63,218 nt of DNA, filler included, from Octopus bimaculoides (GCF_001194135.2; 7 parts of 7 records of this genome joined end to end with filler, not necessarily neighbours in it), one strand, 5' to 3'. Counted from the whole stretch's first letter, positions 11,671 through 25,865 are shown. The notes: generated from the sequence alone by a model not told the origin. Translations and numbers: made by a program.

Positions 11671-12230
11671 AACTCAACTCCGGTCTGATCTATATGCTGT
11701 GAGTCAGTGGGAAGACAAAAACAAAATGCAACTAAACGAGGGGAAAATTTTGGAAGAAAGACTAAATTAAAATAGCCATACTCTCTTCCTTCAGGGAAAC
11801 CGCTCACACCATCTAATAATATCAGAGACCTAGGAGTAATTGTTGATAACAATCTCAGTTAGAGTGCCCACATCAACAATAAGGTCGATATAGCTCGTAG
11901 GATGAGCTCCTGGATCTTAAGAACCTTCCGGTCCAGATAACAAGGTGTCATCATTCCACTTTTCTCCTTTGTACGGCCACACCTCGAATACTGCTGCTCC
12001 CTGTGGTCTCCCCATACAAAACAAAACATCTCGAAAATTGAATCACCGCAGAGGGCATTCACTAAATAAATTAAGGGCATGACTGATCTCGATTACTGGG
12101 ACCGCCTTAAAGCCTTGAAACTTTACTCTCTCCAGTGCCGCCGCGAGCGGTACATCATTTGCAGGATGTGGAGAATATACTGCCAGCATTCCTCAAACGA
12201 CCTCAATTAGCTTCACGGTTCATCCAAGGC
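11671..12230 (+). mobile_element. CR1-type LINE fragment, RT C-terminal region, degenerate
   Basis: RDLGVIVDNNLS, FVRPHLEYCCSLWSP and LDYWDRLKALKLYSLQCRRER, with stops and frameshifts; same family as 45170-46090. Confidence 0.85.
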
Positions 12231-12296
12231 TGAAACCGAACACGGAACCATGTGGTTAGTAAGCAAGCTACTTACCACACAGCCACTCCTGCGCCC
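12231..12296 (-). mobile_element. SINE family A head fragment
   Basis: AACCATGTGGTTAGTAAGCAAGCTACTTACCACACAGCCACTCCTGCGCC is the reverse complement of the family A head. Confidence 0.85.
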
Positions 12297-12558
12297 ATTA
12301 TATATATTTGTTTTCCGTCATCAACATTTTTTTCTTTCTAACATCATTTACTCGTTCCTTCTTTTTTCTCTTCCTTTTCAGTAGTAGTGTCGTTTTCCTT
12401 GTAATTTTCTCTCCAGACGTAGATTGGTCGTTTGATTAATGACGCGATGAAAATTAAAATTCGGATAAAATTAAGTATTCCACACTGTATAAGTGTAGAG
12501 TTTGCGATCTATCATCCGATATTGGTTTGATCTGAATGAGACCGGACTAAAAAGTACT

Positions 12559-12864
12559 GGCATTCCGTCGTCTACGACGAGGAGGGTGCCGGTTGATCCG
12601 ATCAACCGAGCAATCTGATCGTGAAATTAACGTGCAAATGGTTGAGCACTCCACAGACACGCGTACTCTTAATGTAGCTCTCAGGGAGATTCGGCGTTAC
12701 TCAGGATGTAATAATTCTGGCTCTTTGAAATACAGATGCTACTCAATTTTGACTGCTAAGTGGACTGGAGTAATATGAAATAAACTGTCTTGCTCAAAGG
12801 CACCGGAAATCGAACTGAGGGCCCAAATCGTGAGCCGAATACCCTAACAGTTAAGTCACACGCC
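12559..12864 (-). mobile_element. tRNA-headed SINE with conserved core (family E)
   Basis: Minus-strand head with A/B-box-like motifs; core GCACGTTAATTTCACGA...GATCGGATCAAC...CTCGTCGT shared with 48579-48899. Confidence 0.75.
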
Positions 12865-13384
12865 TTCAGACCGAACTGAATCCTATGAAATATGATTTCT
12901 ACTTCGAGAAACTTTTTAAAATTTAGTTGAACGTCCCTCATCATGATGAGCTAAATGAAAATTTCATCTTTATTTGCCCAGTACTTTCAATGCATTTTAT
13001 GCTGTTGACTAATATTCTGAGCCATTTATACACGACTTCTGAACATATTACTTAACTTCACTAATAATATAGCTATAATCGTTCATACCTTATACTGAAG
13101 ATTTATAAATCCAAAACTATGCTTCATTTTTAAAAACTGACAATTTTCATATTTTTAATCGGTGAGTAAAATTTTTTAGCCGATTCATATGTCTAATATT
13201 TCTTTTTAATCACCTACTTTAGTCGATTTTTATATACATCTTTCCGGAGTTATATTAAAGTCGTTGGCCCGAATTTGATGTTTGTTCTCTAATCAATGAT
13301 TTTTGTATCTGTCTCAATTTCATTTGAGCAGTCCTAAACATCTCTTTTTTGTTTCCATAAAAAAAACGTAAATTATTTCTTGTC

Positions 13385-13418
<34 letters not shown>

Positions 13419-13479
13419 CGTGCGTGTGAGTGTTTACTTATGATATTAGTAATTATGCATATACTATAAATGTGTATAT

Positions 13480-13846
13480 ATGCATAATAATAAAAGTAAT
13501 AATGAAACCGAAGATTCTTTAGTGTGGAATAAATCAAATTTCACCCCACCAAAATGCAGAAATATCTACCTGGACCAATATATTGACACCCTATCAAACT
13601 TCCCCCTAAAACAAAATACCAAAATTAGGCCGAACATTAACAAATCAGAGATATCTGCACTTAAACGCATACAAAACGATGAAACAATAATAATTAAACA
13701 AGCAGATAAAGGGGGTGCAATCGTCATCATGGATGTGGAATACTACAAGGATTTAGTTGAGGAACAACTAAATGACACAACCTTCTATTGTGAAATACCC
13801 TCGAACATAGACCACCACATCATGAAGAAGATCAACCACCTAGTTT
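13480..13846 (+). mobile_element. Penelope-like element RT N-terminal fragment (Neptune-like), truncated by gap
   Basis: Uninterrupted frame with SNFTPP and IIIKQADKGGAIVIMD...YY...QLND..FY, the motif preceding the PLE RT core. Confidence 0.85.
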
Positions 13847-13946
13847 NNNNNNNNNNNNNNNNNNNNNNNNNNNNNNNNNNNNNNNNNNNNTTAATTAATT
13901 AANNNNNNNNNNNNNNNNNNNNNNNNNNNNNNNNNNNNNNNNNNNN

Positions 13947-13985
<39 letters not shown>

Positions 13986-15147
13986 ACCTTCACGCGCGTC
14001 CGCACAGATTTGACTTCGCCATGTCAACAAACTTCAAAATTGGTAAAGGTTTATCGATTTTTACAGCTATACGCGGGTACCTCTGAGAGAGAAAGTTCAC
14101 TAAAATGCACATAGGGTCATTCCGAATTTTCTCCTAAAATTGGAGCGACATGCGTACTAATTTGTGAACGTGCATAAACAACATTCACGTACACACACAC
14201 ACACAAACATCCTCTGTTTTATAGATATAGATATGTATATGTATATGTACACAAGCATACACACACACACAATTACGCTCACTCGCTCACATATGCCATG
14301 AGGGAAAATAATGATACTATCGTGGTGCAGATAAGAACGTTGATTTCTCAATTACTCGTGACAATAGACACGATATTTGATAACTGGTGTTTCTATCAGA
14401 AAGGCGAGGCTCCAAAAAATCATTGTCAGGAAATTTCTGCCTGAATGTATACTTGTATGTACANNNNNNNNNNNNNNNNNNNNNNNNNNNNNNNNNNNNN
14501 NNNNNNNNNNNNNNNNNNNNNNNNNNNNNNNNNNNNNNNNNNNNNNNNNNNNNNNNNNNNNNNNNNNNNNNNNNNNNNNNNNNNNNNNNNNNNNNNNNNN
14601 NNNNNNNNNNNNNNNNNNNNNNNNNNNNNNNNNNNNNNNNNNNNNNNNNNNNNNNNNNNNNNNNNNNNNNNNNNNNNNNNNNNNNNNNNNNNNNNNNNNN
14701 NNNNATATATATATATATATATATATATACTTGTGTGTGTGTGTATGCATATGAAGTGAAGCATATATAAAAATACATAGTTACACTCATACACTAGATA
14801 TTCATCAAAATGTGTATATTCTCTTCTTAAATATAAACCTGCTCATATATTTAATATTCTATTACATACAATAAATTCTTAGAATTTACATGCTAGTAAC
14901 CGATATTGATTTCTCATGGAACCATACAATGTAGAAGCTGCTCTTGTAATAAATTCCAATCCTGGAATACATAGATATTATATTCCCCATGTAGAAAATA
15001 ATAATGATCTATAAAAACATGTTCTTATTGAATGAAGTATTATTTATACTTTCATTTAGTTGTGTTTAAATCTGATTTCAATGAATATTAACAAGAATAA
15101 TTTTTTATGCATATGAACATACTTACAGCTACAAATATTTTATATAT

Positions 15148-15200
<53 letters not shown>

Positions 15201-17376
15201 TATATATATTCATCTATGTGCATATAGTATGTGTGCATGTGTGTACCTTTTTGTGTGCATGTGTGCGTGTGTATGTTTGTGCGTATGTTTGTGTGTTTTT
15301 CCTGACGAGCTCTTCAGTCACACTAGTTAAATATGGCATCGGGAGAAACTCATTGAAGGGCAAAACACGCTTGGATTAAGCATGCTCATGTTTAGATAGT
15401 TTTAGATGTTACTGTATATCAAGAAATAATCGCAATTTATTCGCATGCGTATCGTTTTCTGGTAATACTCAATAATTCACTGACGTAATATTCCGACGAA
15501 ACAATATATATTCTGAAACTTTTCACACGAAAACCACTCAACGGTATATTTGTTCCCTCCTCGTCATCTATTATCTATCTAAAATCTTAGAATAATGTGC
15601 TCCCACTTATCACAAAATTCTGTCTCTAAAATAAAATCCTCCATATATTATTCCATTGTATGCGCTATTCCTTTTAGATGACAGCGTCTAAATGTACAAA
15701 TTTTAACAACACGTGTATCGAAATCCCCGATTTAAGAAATCAAAAAACAAATGACAAGTCATCACTAACCAAACGAAACGAATTGCATATTGAACCTGAA
15801 TATCAATCATTAGGTAATCAACTCATATTCCATACAGCTAATAATGCATTGTTCTACTTTCTGAAAAAATATGTAAATTCGTAGCTCATCAACGTGAATA
15901 TGCTATATATATATATATATATATATNNNNNNNNNNNNNNNNNNNNNNNNNNNNNNNNNNNNNNNNNNNNNNNNNNNNNNNNNNNNNNNNNNNNNNNNNN
16001 NNNNNNNNNNNNNNNNNNNNNNNNNNNNNNNNNNNNNNNNNNNNNNNNNNNNNNNNNNNNNNNNNNNNNNNNNNNNNNNNNNNNNNNNNNNNNNNNNNNN
16101 NNNNNNNNNNNNNNNNNNNNNNNNNNNNNNNNNNNNNNNNNNNNNNNNNNNNNNNNNNNNNNNNNNNNNNNNNNNNNNNNNNNNNNNNNNNNNNNNNNNN
16201 NNNNNNNNNNNNNNNNNNNNNNNNNNNNNNNNNNNNNNNNNNNNNNNNNNNNNNNNNNNNNNNNNNNNNNNNNNNNNNNNNNNNNNNNNNNNNNNNNNNN
16301 NNNNNNNNNNNNNNNNNNNNNNNNNNNNNNNNNNNNNNNNNNNNNNNNNNNNNNNNNNNNNNNNNNNNNNNNNNNNNNNNNNNNNNNNNNNNNNNNNNNN
16401 NNNNNNNNNNNNNNNNNATATATATATATATACGAGTACATTTTTACACCGATAAATGTTAGAAATGAATCTATGTGAGTATCTTTGTCAATTATGGTAC
16501 ACATTTTGGATTTATGATATTGAATAAAACTACAAAAAAAAAACCTAGCCCGAAATTTCAAGCAGATAATGGGCTATATTAAGTGCCGAATGCAATTCAT
16601 TTGTCGTGAATGTATGGTCATTTTCTTTCCGTTTCCTACGAGTTTAATGAAAAAATATATTTGAAAATATAAAATGTTAGAGAACAAAGTACAACAAATA
16701 AAACCTTTGTCTGTTTCGGCATATATTATTTCATAAAATTCAAAATTCTGAATAAGTTATGGCTGAAGACTACAAAATGCAATTTCTTTGAATCATTCAC
16801 TTAAAATAAGATGCACACCCAAATATAAATATACACAACTGCACATAAACATAGAAACAACAAATACACACATGTAAATACCTCACTGAAGGAGCTTGAT
16901 CTGTATCGTCTACAAAGAGGATGACCGTTTCTTAAACTATTGTATTAACACACAACATATGGATAAATCTAACAATAGAACAAAAACCGATTGAAAGAAA
17001 TGGATATATAAAATTGCAATGAATACTGTCTTGATAGTAAATTTCCTGAACGTAACGGTAAGCCTAAGCAAATGGGAACCCCAAGACTGCCGTAGAGCCA
17101 AGGAAGGAAATACAGAGGGAAATAGAATCTCCGATCAGCAGTGATCTTACAGTATATGCCATATTCTATAAGCAGACACATATTTATCCATTCATCGAAG
17201 GAAAATATGTTTAACCTGCAACACACAACAATACAGTTGAAGCTGTAATATGTCTAGTACTTTCTTATACCGATTACTGCACCATAGCACATACCTATAA
17301 CTTGAACGAAAAGAATCCCGATGTCAATCCTCTCATAAACGGGGACTCACAACACTTCACTACTCGTACAAAAGCT

Positions 17377-17416
<40 letters not shown>

Positions 17417-17917
17417 AAAAAATAACGTCGACCACTAACGTGGACAATTGATGCGCTAGAAATAGATCACATCTTGTGTCTATTAAAACCTAAATTGTTC
17501 TCAACATGAAATATAGCAGCATACCAAAAACGTGAGCGGGCAAGACATTTTTTAATAATATTTTACCCATTGCCCATGTTCTCATACTGAATATTATATA
17601 TATATATATACCGTTTATATCGGATCTCTGGTTAAGTAATAGAACTTGCTAGCAAGAATGTCCAAGTAAGTATGCCGTATATTGCGATACTTAGTCGCTA
17701 GATTTCTTCAATTAGTTGGAAAAAAAAACCAGCTGAAATGGTTCCCATAAAGTTAAAAACAAAATTGGACAACGTCTTCGAAAATGATACGATAAGCCAT
17801 TGATATACGGATCCGTTTCGGCTGCCAACATTTCCCTAATAAAGTGCAGAGGAACATGCAGTCACATACACATTTGTATACACACACATACACACATACA
17901 CAGCATTATATAATATA

Positions 17918-18850
17918 CAGGGTGGGTGAAAGTGACTAGGCATTAGGTATTGCTTATAGAATTCTGAGTATCAATGAAGTAATAAAGAAAACATTTTTTA
18001 AACAGACAACACTAATTGATATATCTTATCTTCTGATTGTCTTATTGTTTTATTTCTTATTTACCAGATGGCCAGTGGCTTGACGGTTCAGGAGCGAGCT
18101 AAGATAGTGGTACGCTATGAAGTGTGGAATTCCATTGTTTTGGTTCAGCGATGGTGGCGTGCATGAAAAGCTAAGCATGTACTACTACGTTCAGAGACAA
18201 AAAAAATTGTCAGGCAAAGCTGATGGACAGGTGCTCTGTGAACGATGCAAGAAGTGGCTGCCCAGCCACAAACTGATCAGAAGAGAACATGGCAACAGTG
18301 CATGAATTGTTTAATCGCAGCCTGCAAATGTTAGCACGTCAAGCAGCTCGTGAAAGTGGATTAAGAAGACACACAATACGTATGATGTCGCATAAAGAAT
18401 TTAATTTTCGGCCGTGGAAAGCCCATTACGGGCAGGAGCTAAAAGCCTGATGACTGTGACCGCAGAAGTCCAGAAGTCCAGAATTCCAAAACTCCAAGTA
18501 GTCCAGATCTCAATACATGTGATTCTTACCTGTTGCGTTACACCAAAGACGAGGTTTACAAGGCAAAATCTCGCACGCTGGAGGACTTGGAAACACGGAT
18601 TCAAGAGTTTCTCAATGATATCCCAGACGACGTCCTTCAAAATGTTGTTCATTACATCTCTAACCGTTTAAGGAAACTGGTTGACACCACCGTTGCTTAC
18701 GTTGAAATATGAAGATTTACTTTCATTTCCCCGTGTAATAAAGAACATGCGGCATTTGTTTCAATACATTTGTAAAAAGAATATGGATTTTATTACCAAT
18801 TTTTAATGCCTTATAACTTTTCGCTTAATGCCTACTAACTTTTTGCCCTG
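17918..18850 (+). mobile_element. Internally deleted Tc1/mariner element, rosa-like
   Basis: TA on both sides; TIRs CAGGGTGGGTGAAAGTGACTAGGCATTA / CAGGGCAAAAAGTTAGTAGGCATTA. N-terminus MASGLTVQERAKIVVRYEVWNSIVLVQRWW and C-terminus SSPDLNTCD...YTKDEVY...LEDLETRI are present. Catalytic core is deleted, so DD spacing cannot be counted. Confidence 0.85.
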
Positions 18851-19843
18851 TATATAATTATGTATGTGCACGTAAATATTTTATATATATTTGCTTGATT
18901 CAGTGAGCGTGTTTACTTTGTATATGAGCACTTGAAGCAATATCTGAAAGGAAAGCTATATATACTTAAAATGCATAATTTTCGTGAAACTATTCTTTTC
19001 TTCTTTATAGAATACCCTTAATCGTAGAAATATGCCCTACAATTATTTGGATGATGTCTCAGATTTCTTGGCATATACTTGTTATTTATTTATTCGGAGT
19101 TGATATGTAGTGGAGTGGATGCAGAAAGTAAAGTGTTGATATTTTATTTACAGGATATTTCAAGGAAGGTTTCTGTGATACAGTGTTCTTCCAACATAAA
19201 ATTGTTTGCTCTCTGCATATTTTAACACAAGACTAATTATGATTAAAAAGAAAGATGATGTAACGTAATTCATACATTTCTGTGACAGGGATATTTTTTG
19301 TGTTTCAGAATACATTTATTTCCCATAGAAGGTTGTTTTAGAGTTTTCGAATATTCGTAGTCTGTTTGAAAGATTGTGTTGATCTCCAACATTGGCTTGT
19401 CTGAAGATAATGTTTCCTGCGTTGTGAAATGCACTCAGGACGTCGTCACCAACTTACAGTCTTTATAGTTAATATTTCTAAGATTATTTGGATATATTCG
19501 ACAATCTTTCATGTGTATATTTCATTCAATGAATGCTTATATGGGCATTCGTGTTTTAAGGTTATTATCGACCGAGCAAAAACTTCAAAAGCCTATCTAT
19601 ATTTTTTTCTCTTTCTATTGATATAACTGAAATGGTGCAGTATCTTTCTCCGTGGAGTATCATTTCTCTGTTATTGCATTTTGTATAGAAAAGATTATTC
19701 CCTACTGTAAATGAAACCTACAGTATATGTTCGTCCTGATGTACAGGGCAATGTCAAACAAATGGAAAATAGCAAGGAAACATTACTGATGCGCAGCACA
19801 TGTATACGAACACTTTACTTTCATGTATGTGTGTATAAGTATG

Positions 19844-19875
<32 letters not shown>

Positions 19876-20007
19876 AGTGTGTGTGTGTGTGTCATTCAGG
19901 GTGGGTGTCTATGTGTGTGTGTCTCTGTGTGTATGTAGGTGTGTGTACATGTGTATCATTACATACATAATTGTGCTAATTTTCTGCAAGTGACATGATC
20001 AAACAGC

Positions 20008-20069
<62 letters not shown>

Positions 20070-20521
20070 GAGAACGAGAGAGGAGGGGAAGCAGAATGAG
20101 AAAGTGAGCAAAAGCGAAGAAAGTTGAAAGTGAAATAGGTATTTAATAGGACAAAGCATTTAAAAAACACATACATGCTAACATGTTCCCTGCCTCTTAT
20201 AGAGTGGTAAACAATAATACAAAATCACAAATGATTTCATCCTACTTCTATGAGCAGAAAAGGGGAAAAGCAGCTTGAAATCAAGTCAAAACTATAAAAA
20301 CATTCTTGTTGTTTCTTAACAGATTGCACCATTAAAAATATAACGTGAAGCGATTATTAGGTGTAGAATTTTCATTTACAAGTGGTGAGTGCTTTGAAAT
20401 GACTAAAATAACTACTTTACTATGTAATTATAGTAAGCATATGCAAAAACATTGACATGCATACATACAAACATACTCACACCCACAACATACACACACG
20501 CACACACACACACACACACGC

Positions 20522-20564
<43 letters not shown>

Positions 20565-21643
20565 AAACTGGGTATAGACAACGTGATAAATATAAATATG
20601 CATAAATACAGATAAACATATACATACATATAAANNNNNNNNNNNNNNNNNNNNNNNNNNNNNNNNNNNNNNNNNNNNNNNNNNNNNNNNNNNNNNNNNN
20701 NNNNNNNNNNNNNNNNNNNNNNNNNNNNNNNNNNNNNNNNNNNNNNNNNNNNNNNNNNNNNNNNNNNNNNNNNNNNNNNNNNNNNNNNNNNNNNNNNNNN
20801 NNNNNNNNNNNNNNNNNNNNNNNNNNNNNNNNNNNNNNNNNNNNNNNNNNNNNNNNNNNNNNNNNNNNNNNNNNNNNNNNNNNNNNNNNNNNNNNNNNNN
20901 NNNNNNNNNNNNNNNNNNNNNNNNNNNNNNNNNNNNNNNNNNNNNNNNNNNNNNNNNNNNNNNNNNNNNNNNNNNNNNNNNNNNNNNNNNNNNNNNNNNN
21001 NNNNNNNNNNNNNNNNNNNNNNNNNNNNNNNNNNNNNNNNNNNNNNNNNNNNNNNNNNNNNNNNNNNNNNNNNNNNNNNNNNNNNNNNNNNNNNNNNNNN
21101 NNNNNNNNNNNNNNNNNNNNNNNNNNNNNNNNNNNNNNNNNNNNNNNNNNNNNNNNNNNNNNNNNNNNNNNNNNNNNNNNNNNNNNNNNNNNNNNNNNNN
21201 NNNNNNNNNNNNNNNNNNNNNNNNNNNNNNNNNNNNNNNNNNNNNACAAAACGGGAAAAGGACGTAATCAAAATGGGACAAGAACTAAGCTAAGAGCATT
21301 ACGTTCCTTGGAAGAAAGCAGCGAATGTATACAAAATCAAGGACGGAAAAAAAAGGAAAATGTCAAACAAATACAATAAAAATAATAACAGGAAGAATTA
21401 AAATAAGCTAGCGTGTGTGGAAATATAGCCTTACTGCAAGGATACAAGATTTCACAGGCACAGGGAGGAATATCGACGTTGCACGGTCAACAGCCGGACA
21501 TGAAAGAGAGATCTGACTTGGCCGAACGCCGGTCATGTGGGAAGAAAAGTGAAAGAGGTAGAGGCAGGTATAGACAGAATAGAGACGTACACGATTTAGG
21601 AAAATGTATACATGTAAGAGACGAAAGTGTACGTACGCTGGTA

Positions 21644-21734
<91 letters not shown>

Positions 21735-23639
21735 TTATATATATGAAAATACAAAATGGGACCAGAAAGCAAAACATCCGGACATTTAGGTGATATAAAA
21801 ATGGGACAACAAAGCATCCAGATAGACGATGCAAAGAAAACAAGGGCGGGTCATTCGATATGGGTTTCTTTCCTCATTCGAGTACCAGATTAATTTCGCA
21901 ATTTCGTCTGATTATACTCGAGATTGCTCCAATCTGGCCAGCCCCAAGGAAAAACTAAGAATGATTTGCGTTTTTGTCCCATGTGGTATTTTATATATAT
22001 GTGTATATATATATATATATATATNNNNNNNNNNNNNNNNNNNNNNNNNNNNNNNNNNNNNNNNNNNNNNNNNNNNNNNNNNNNNNNNNNNNNNNNNNNN
22101 NNNNNNNNNNNNNNNNNNNNNNNNNNNNNNNNNNNNNNNNNNNNNNNNNNNNNNNNNNNNNNNNNNNNNNNNNNNNNNNNNNNNNNNNNNNNNNNNNNNN
22201 NNNNNNNNNNNNNNNNNNNNNNNNNNNNNNNNNNNNNNNNNNNNNNNNNNNNNNNNNNNNNNNNNNNNNNNNNNNNNNNNNNNNNNNNNNNNNNNNNNNN
22301 NNNNNNNNNNNNNNNNNNNNNNNNNNNNNNNNNNNNNNNNNNNNNNNNNNNNNNNNNNNNNNNNNNNNNNNNNNNNNNNNNNNNNNNNNNNNNNNNNNNN
22401 NNNNNNNNNNNNNNNNNNNNNNNNNNNNNNNNNNNNNNNNNNNNNNNNNNNNNNNNNNNNNNNNNNNNNNNNNNNNNNNNNNNNNNNNNNNNNNNNNNNN
22501 NNNNNNNNNNNNNNNNNNNNNNNNNNNNNNNNNNNNNNNNNNNNNNNNNNNNNNNNNNNNNNNNNNNNNNNNNNNNNNNNNNNNNNNNNNNNNNNNNNNN
22601 NNNNNNNNNNNNNNNNNNNNNNNNNNNNNNNNNNNNNNNNNNNNNNNNNNNNNNNNNNNNNNNNNNNNNNNNNNNNNNNNNNNNNNNNNNNNNNNNNNNN
22701 NNNNNNNNNNNNNNNNNNNNNNNNNNNNNNNNNNNNNNNNNNNNNNNNNNNNNNNATATACAGACATATGTGTGCGTGTGATGCATCTGTACATGTATGT
22801 GTTTCTTTGAAGGTAATTATAAATAAATGCATGTACCTACTTAACCATGTGGATAATTGCCTTGAGAATGAACAGCGATCCTTTATTTTTTGCCTGAAAA
22901 ACTACAATTTACTCTATTGTGGGAATACCGATACTGTTTATATCGGTTCTATAGAGGCGTAATGCGGATTACACGCTAGAACACCAAAATCAATATGCAA
23001 TATATTGCAATGTTTACTGAATGAGATGAAGATGAAAATTTTATTTCTTGGGGCTGTTACTCTACCATTCACATCCGATATCGCATTTATTGCCAAAACG
23101 TATCCTTCTACATTCTCATCTGCTGGTCTACTTTTAATTATTATATCGATATTTCATGTATAAAAGTTTTGAAATAGGCTTCAAGTAATGCATCTTAGAA
23201 TAAATTAATATATATATACCTGAAGCATGTATCAACAAATAGTTATACGTCAATGTTCTAGTTTTAGAACGCTCTTGTATGTTCCTATGACCTGCTTGAA
23301 ATAAATATTCGTTTCTCTGAAACTATTTCTGACGCCTTTGTAAGAAGTAAATGGACAAAATATGTCAAAACATCATAGTGGTCAACGGAGATTTCGGTGA
23401 ATATGTTTGCATCATTAGAACTATCCTCAAAAATATTCAATAATTATTTACTTCTGAATGAAAAATCTCTACGGCATAAATTCTTGTTTGAAATATTAAA
23501 TTCATAAATAACATCACATTCTAACACATTAATCCTTCTAAAATGTAAATAAATTGAATTCATCACTAAAAAATATTTATTCTATCCGTCTCATAAATAA
23601 ATTTCTTTAGCAAAATGTTCGCCGGAATTGAACAGTCCA

Positions 23640-25865
23640 ATGACCACCATACAATCCTTTTCTATATGTGACATTATGGAAAATATTTCTTTTTCATTTA
23701 AGGCAATATAATTTAGGTCTGTATAAGCATTATTTTGACTGAAAAGTGGGTGACCAGGATAAAAGCTGAGGTCCTCATGTGTCTTGTGTAACCTGTAACA
23801 ACATTCCCACTGCATATGCTAAAGATTCACGCCATAAGTCTTTTGCCATTCCTATGATTTGGTGAGAGCCCAAACATCATATTTCAAATAGCTACTTCTA
23901 CATGATGAATATACAATGTGTAACATCACAATCCAAGCATCCTGTAAAATATCTTAATTTACAATCTGCTATGAAACCAGTACTTCACAGTCAACACTTA
24001 CTTGTACCTGACCCTTCAAAACAAATGGCACTTAGTAACGATGAGTCAAGTGATGAAGATGTAGAGAAATAACCATAAGACATGGACTTTGAGCCTAACT
24101 GTTCTTCAAGTGAACCTCATTTGTTGAGTCAGAGAAATCTGAATTATTCTGTGAGGGATTTAAACTTGTCGAAACAGTAAGCTAAACTCTTGGTTCCAGG
24201 TTAAAGAGCTGGAATCTTCTCCAGAAATAGACCAAAGTTTTTTTATCGTGCTTGGCATTGTGATTTTCCAACTTTTTTCTCACTTGAGTCTGTTGTGGTA
24301 TTTTGTAACTTTTTTCGCACTTGAGGTTGGCGTGGTATTTTGTAATGATGTATATTCTGTTATAGAGGAACTTAACCACAAACAAAGCACGAGTGATTGA
24401 CGTTTGTTTATTGATTCCTTAAAAGTAAGCGTGAAAGCAGTTTTACTCCACAATGGAAATGAGTTTACATGTAGCTAACATTAAGGAAGCATGAGAGTAT
24501 GAAGCTTCTGTTGTAATATAATTAAGTATGAGGAACATAAGTAGAATAATTCTGGTGACCTAAAGGTTGTGGCACTTTTACTTAGAATCCAGCTGGGTTG
24601 TACCAGGTTTTGTTACTTTCTCTGTGGGTGGGGTAAGAGGGGTAAGAAACATCATGATGAAAAGAATGTGCGACCGAAACGATCTCTGACGCCTGGACAA
24701 AAGAATGTCATGAATCCTCCTCTTGTTGATTCTGAGGACATCCATTTGCCGCCTTTGCATATTAAGCTAGGATTGATGAAGATTTTCGGCAAAGGTATCA
24801 ATAGATCTGTCAAGGGACTTACGTGTTTGAAAACTAAATTTCTACCTGTAAGTGATGCAAAAATCAAGGAAGGTATTTTTGTTTGGCCACAGATTAGGGA
24901 CCTGACGAGAGACTAAAAATTTGATGAAGAGCTCAATGATGTTGAAAAAGATGTGTGGCTGTCATTTAAGACAGTTTACTGAATGTTTTGTGGGAGTCAC
25001 AGATCAGAGAATATAGAAAGGCTTGGGATGCAATATGAGCCTAAAAATCTATTTCTTGAACTCTCACTTGAACTTTTCCCTTGAGAATCTTGGGGCTGTC
25101 ATTGATGAGCACTGCTAGAGGTTTCATCTGGACATTCTGAACATGGAAACCCGGTACCAAAGAAAGTGGTGCTCTTCTATTTTGGCTGATTGTTGTTGGT
25201 CAGTAAAAGGGACGTTGCAAGAGCTAAATACAGTTTAAAATCACACGCCTCTATGTTTTAAAGGCACGTTCACCTCATAATATCAGCCTTATTTCTGAGT
25301 TCATGAAATACAATTGATTACAATTTACATATGTTATTACAGAAAAAAAAATCTGAAAGTACACTTGAATTCTTATTTCTTTATTACCCAAAGGACAGAC
25401 AAAGGGATTAAGTCGTTTACATCGACCCCAGTGCGTAACTGGTACTTAATTTATCGACCTCCAAAAGATTAAAGACAAAGTCGACCTCGTTGGAATTTGA
25501 ACTCAGAACGTATCGGCAGACGAAAAACTACTAAGCACTTTGCCCAGCACGCTAAAGTTTCAGCCAGCTCACCGCTTTACAATTTTCGCTGATAAAATGT
25601 TATTAAGTTCACATACTTCTGTTTGTGGGACAAACGTTTTCATTAATTCGTTGACCAATTATAATTCTGGTGACCAATTATAATTGTCAGCCTTATATCT
25701 GCATTAATATAGTGCATTTTTTGTATAATTTAATTACTCTATCACATAAAAAACATATGTGATAGAAAAATTCTAAAAACAGATTCGAAATCTGCGTTTA
25801 AAGTACTATAAAGTTCACTTCTTTTAGGTTATGGAACAGCAATTTCTGAATTTTGTTGACCAGTG
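23640..25865 (+). mobile_element. Chapaev3-like (CMC superfamily) DNA transposon, degenerate transposase and right end
   Basis: Ordered motifs YKHYFD*KVGDQDKS*GPH, FAIPMIW*EPKHH, RLFIDSLKVSVKAVLLHNGN, LPPLHIKLGLMK, SDAKIKEGIFVWPQIR and ENLGAVIDEH; right end ...TTTTGTTGACCAGTG followed by TTA. Left terminus not found. Confidence 0.8.
25388..25575 (-). mobile_element. SINE family B inserted in the Chapaev3-like 3' region
   Basis: Reverse complement of the family B head and core. Confidence 0.85.

Noticed and set aside
16969-17226. Minus-strand ORF with acceptor-like TGTTGCAG
   Set aside because: No recognisable domain or partner exon.
17795-17830. Minus-strand GAAAC-GGATCC-GTA half hammerhead
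   Set aside because: No CUGANGA-like segment or stem I partner upstream.
19011-19105. Strong acceptor followed by NTLNRRNMPYNYLDDVSDFLAY
   Set aside because: No convincing donor before the stop and no similarity I can recognise.
21246-21600. Segment resembling PLE terminal-repeat sequence next to a gap
   Set aside because: Recognition from memory only; no ORF or ribozyme visible in the sequenced part.
23591-23815. Protein-like minus-strand ORF (HPLFSQNNAYTDLNY...)
   Set aside because: Antisense shadow of the plus-strand Chapaev3-like transposase.
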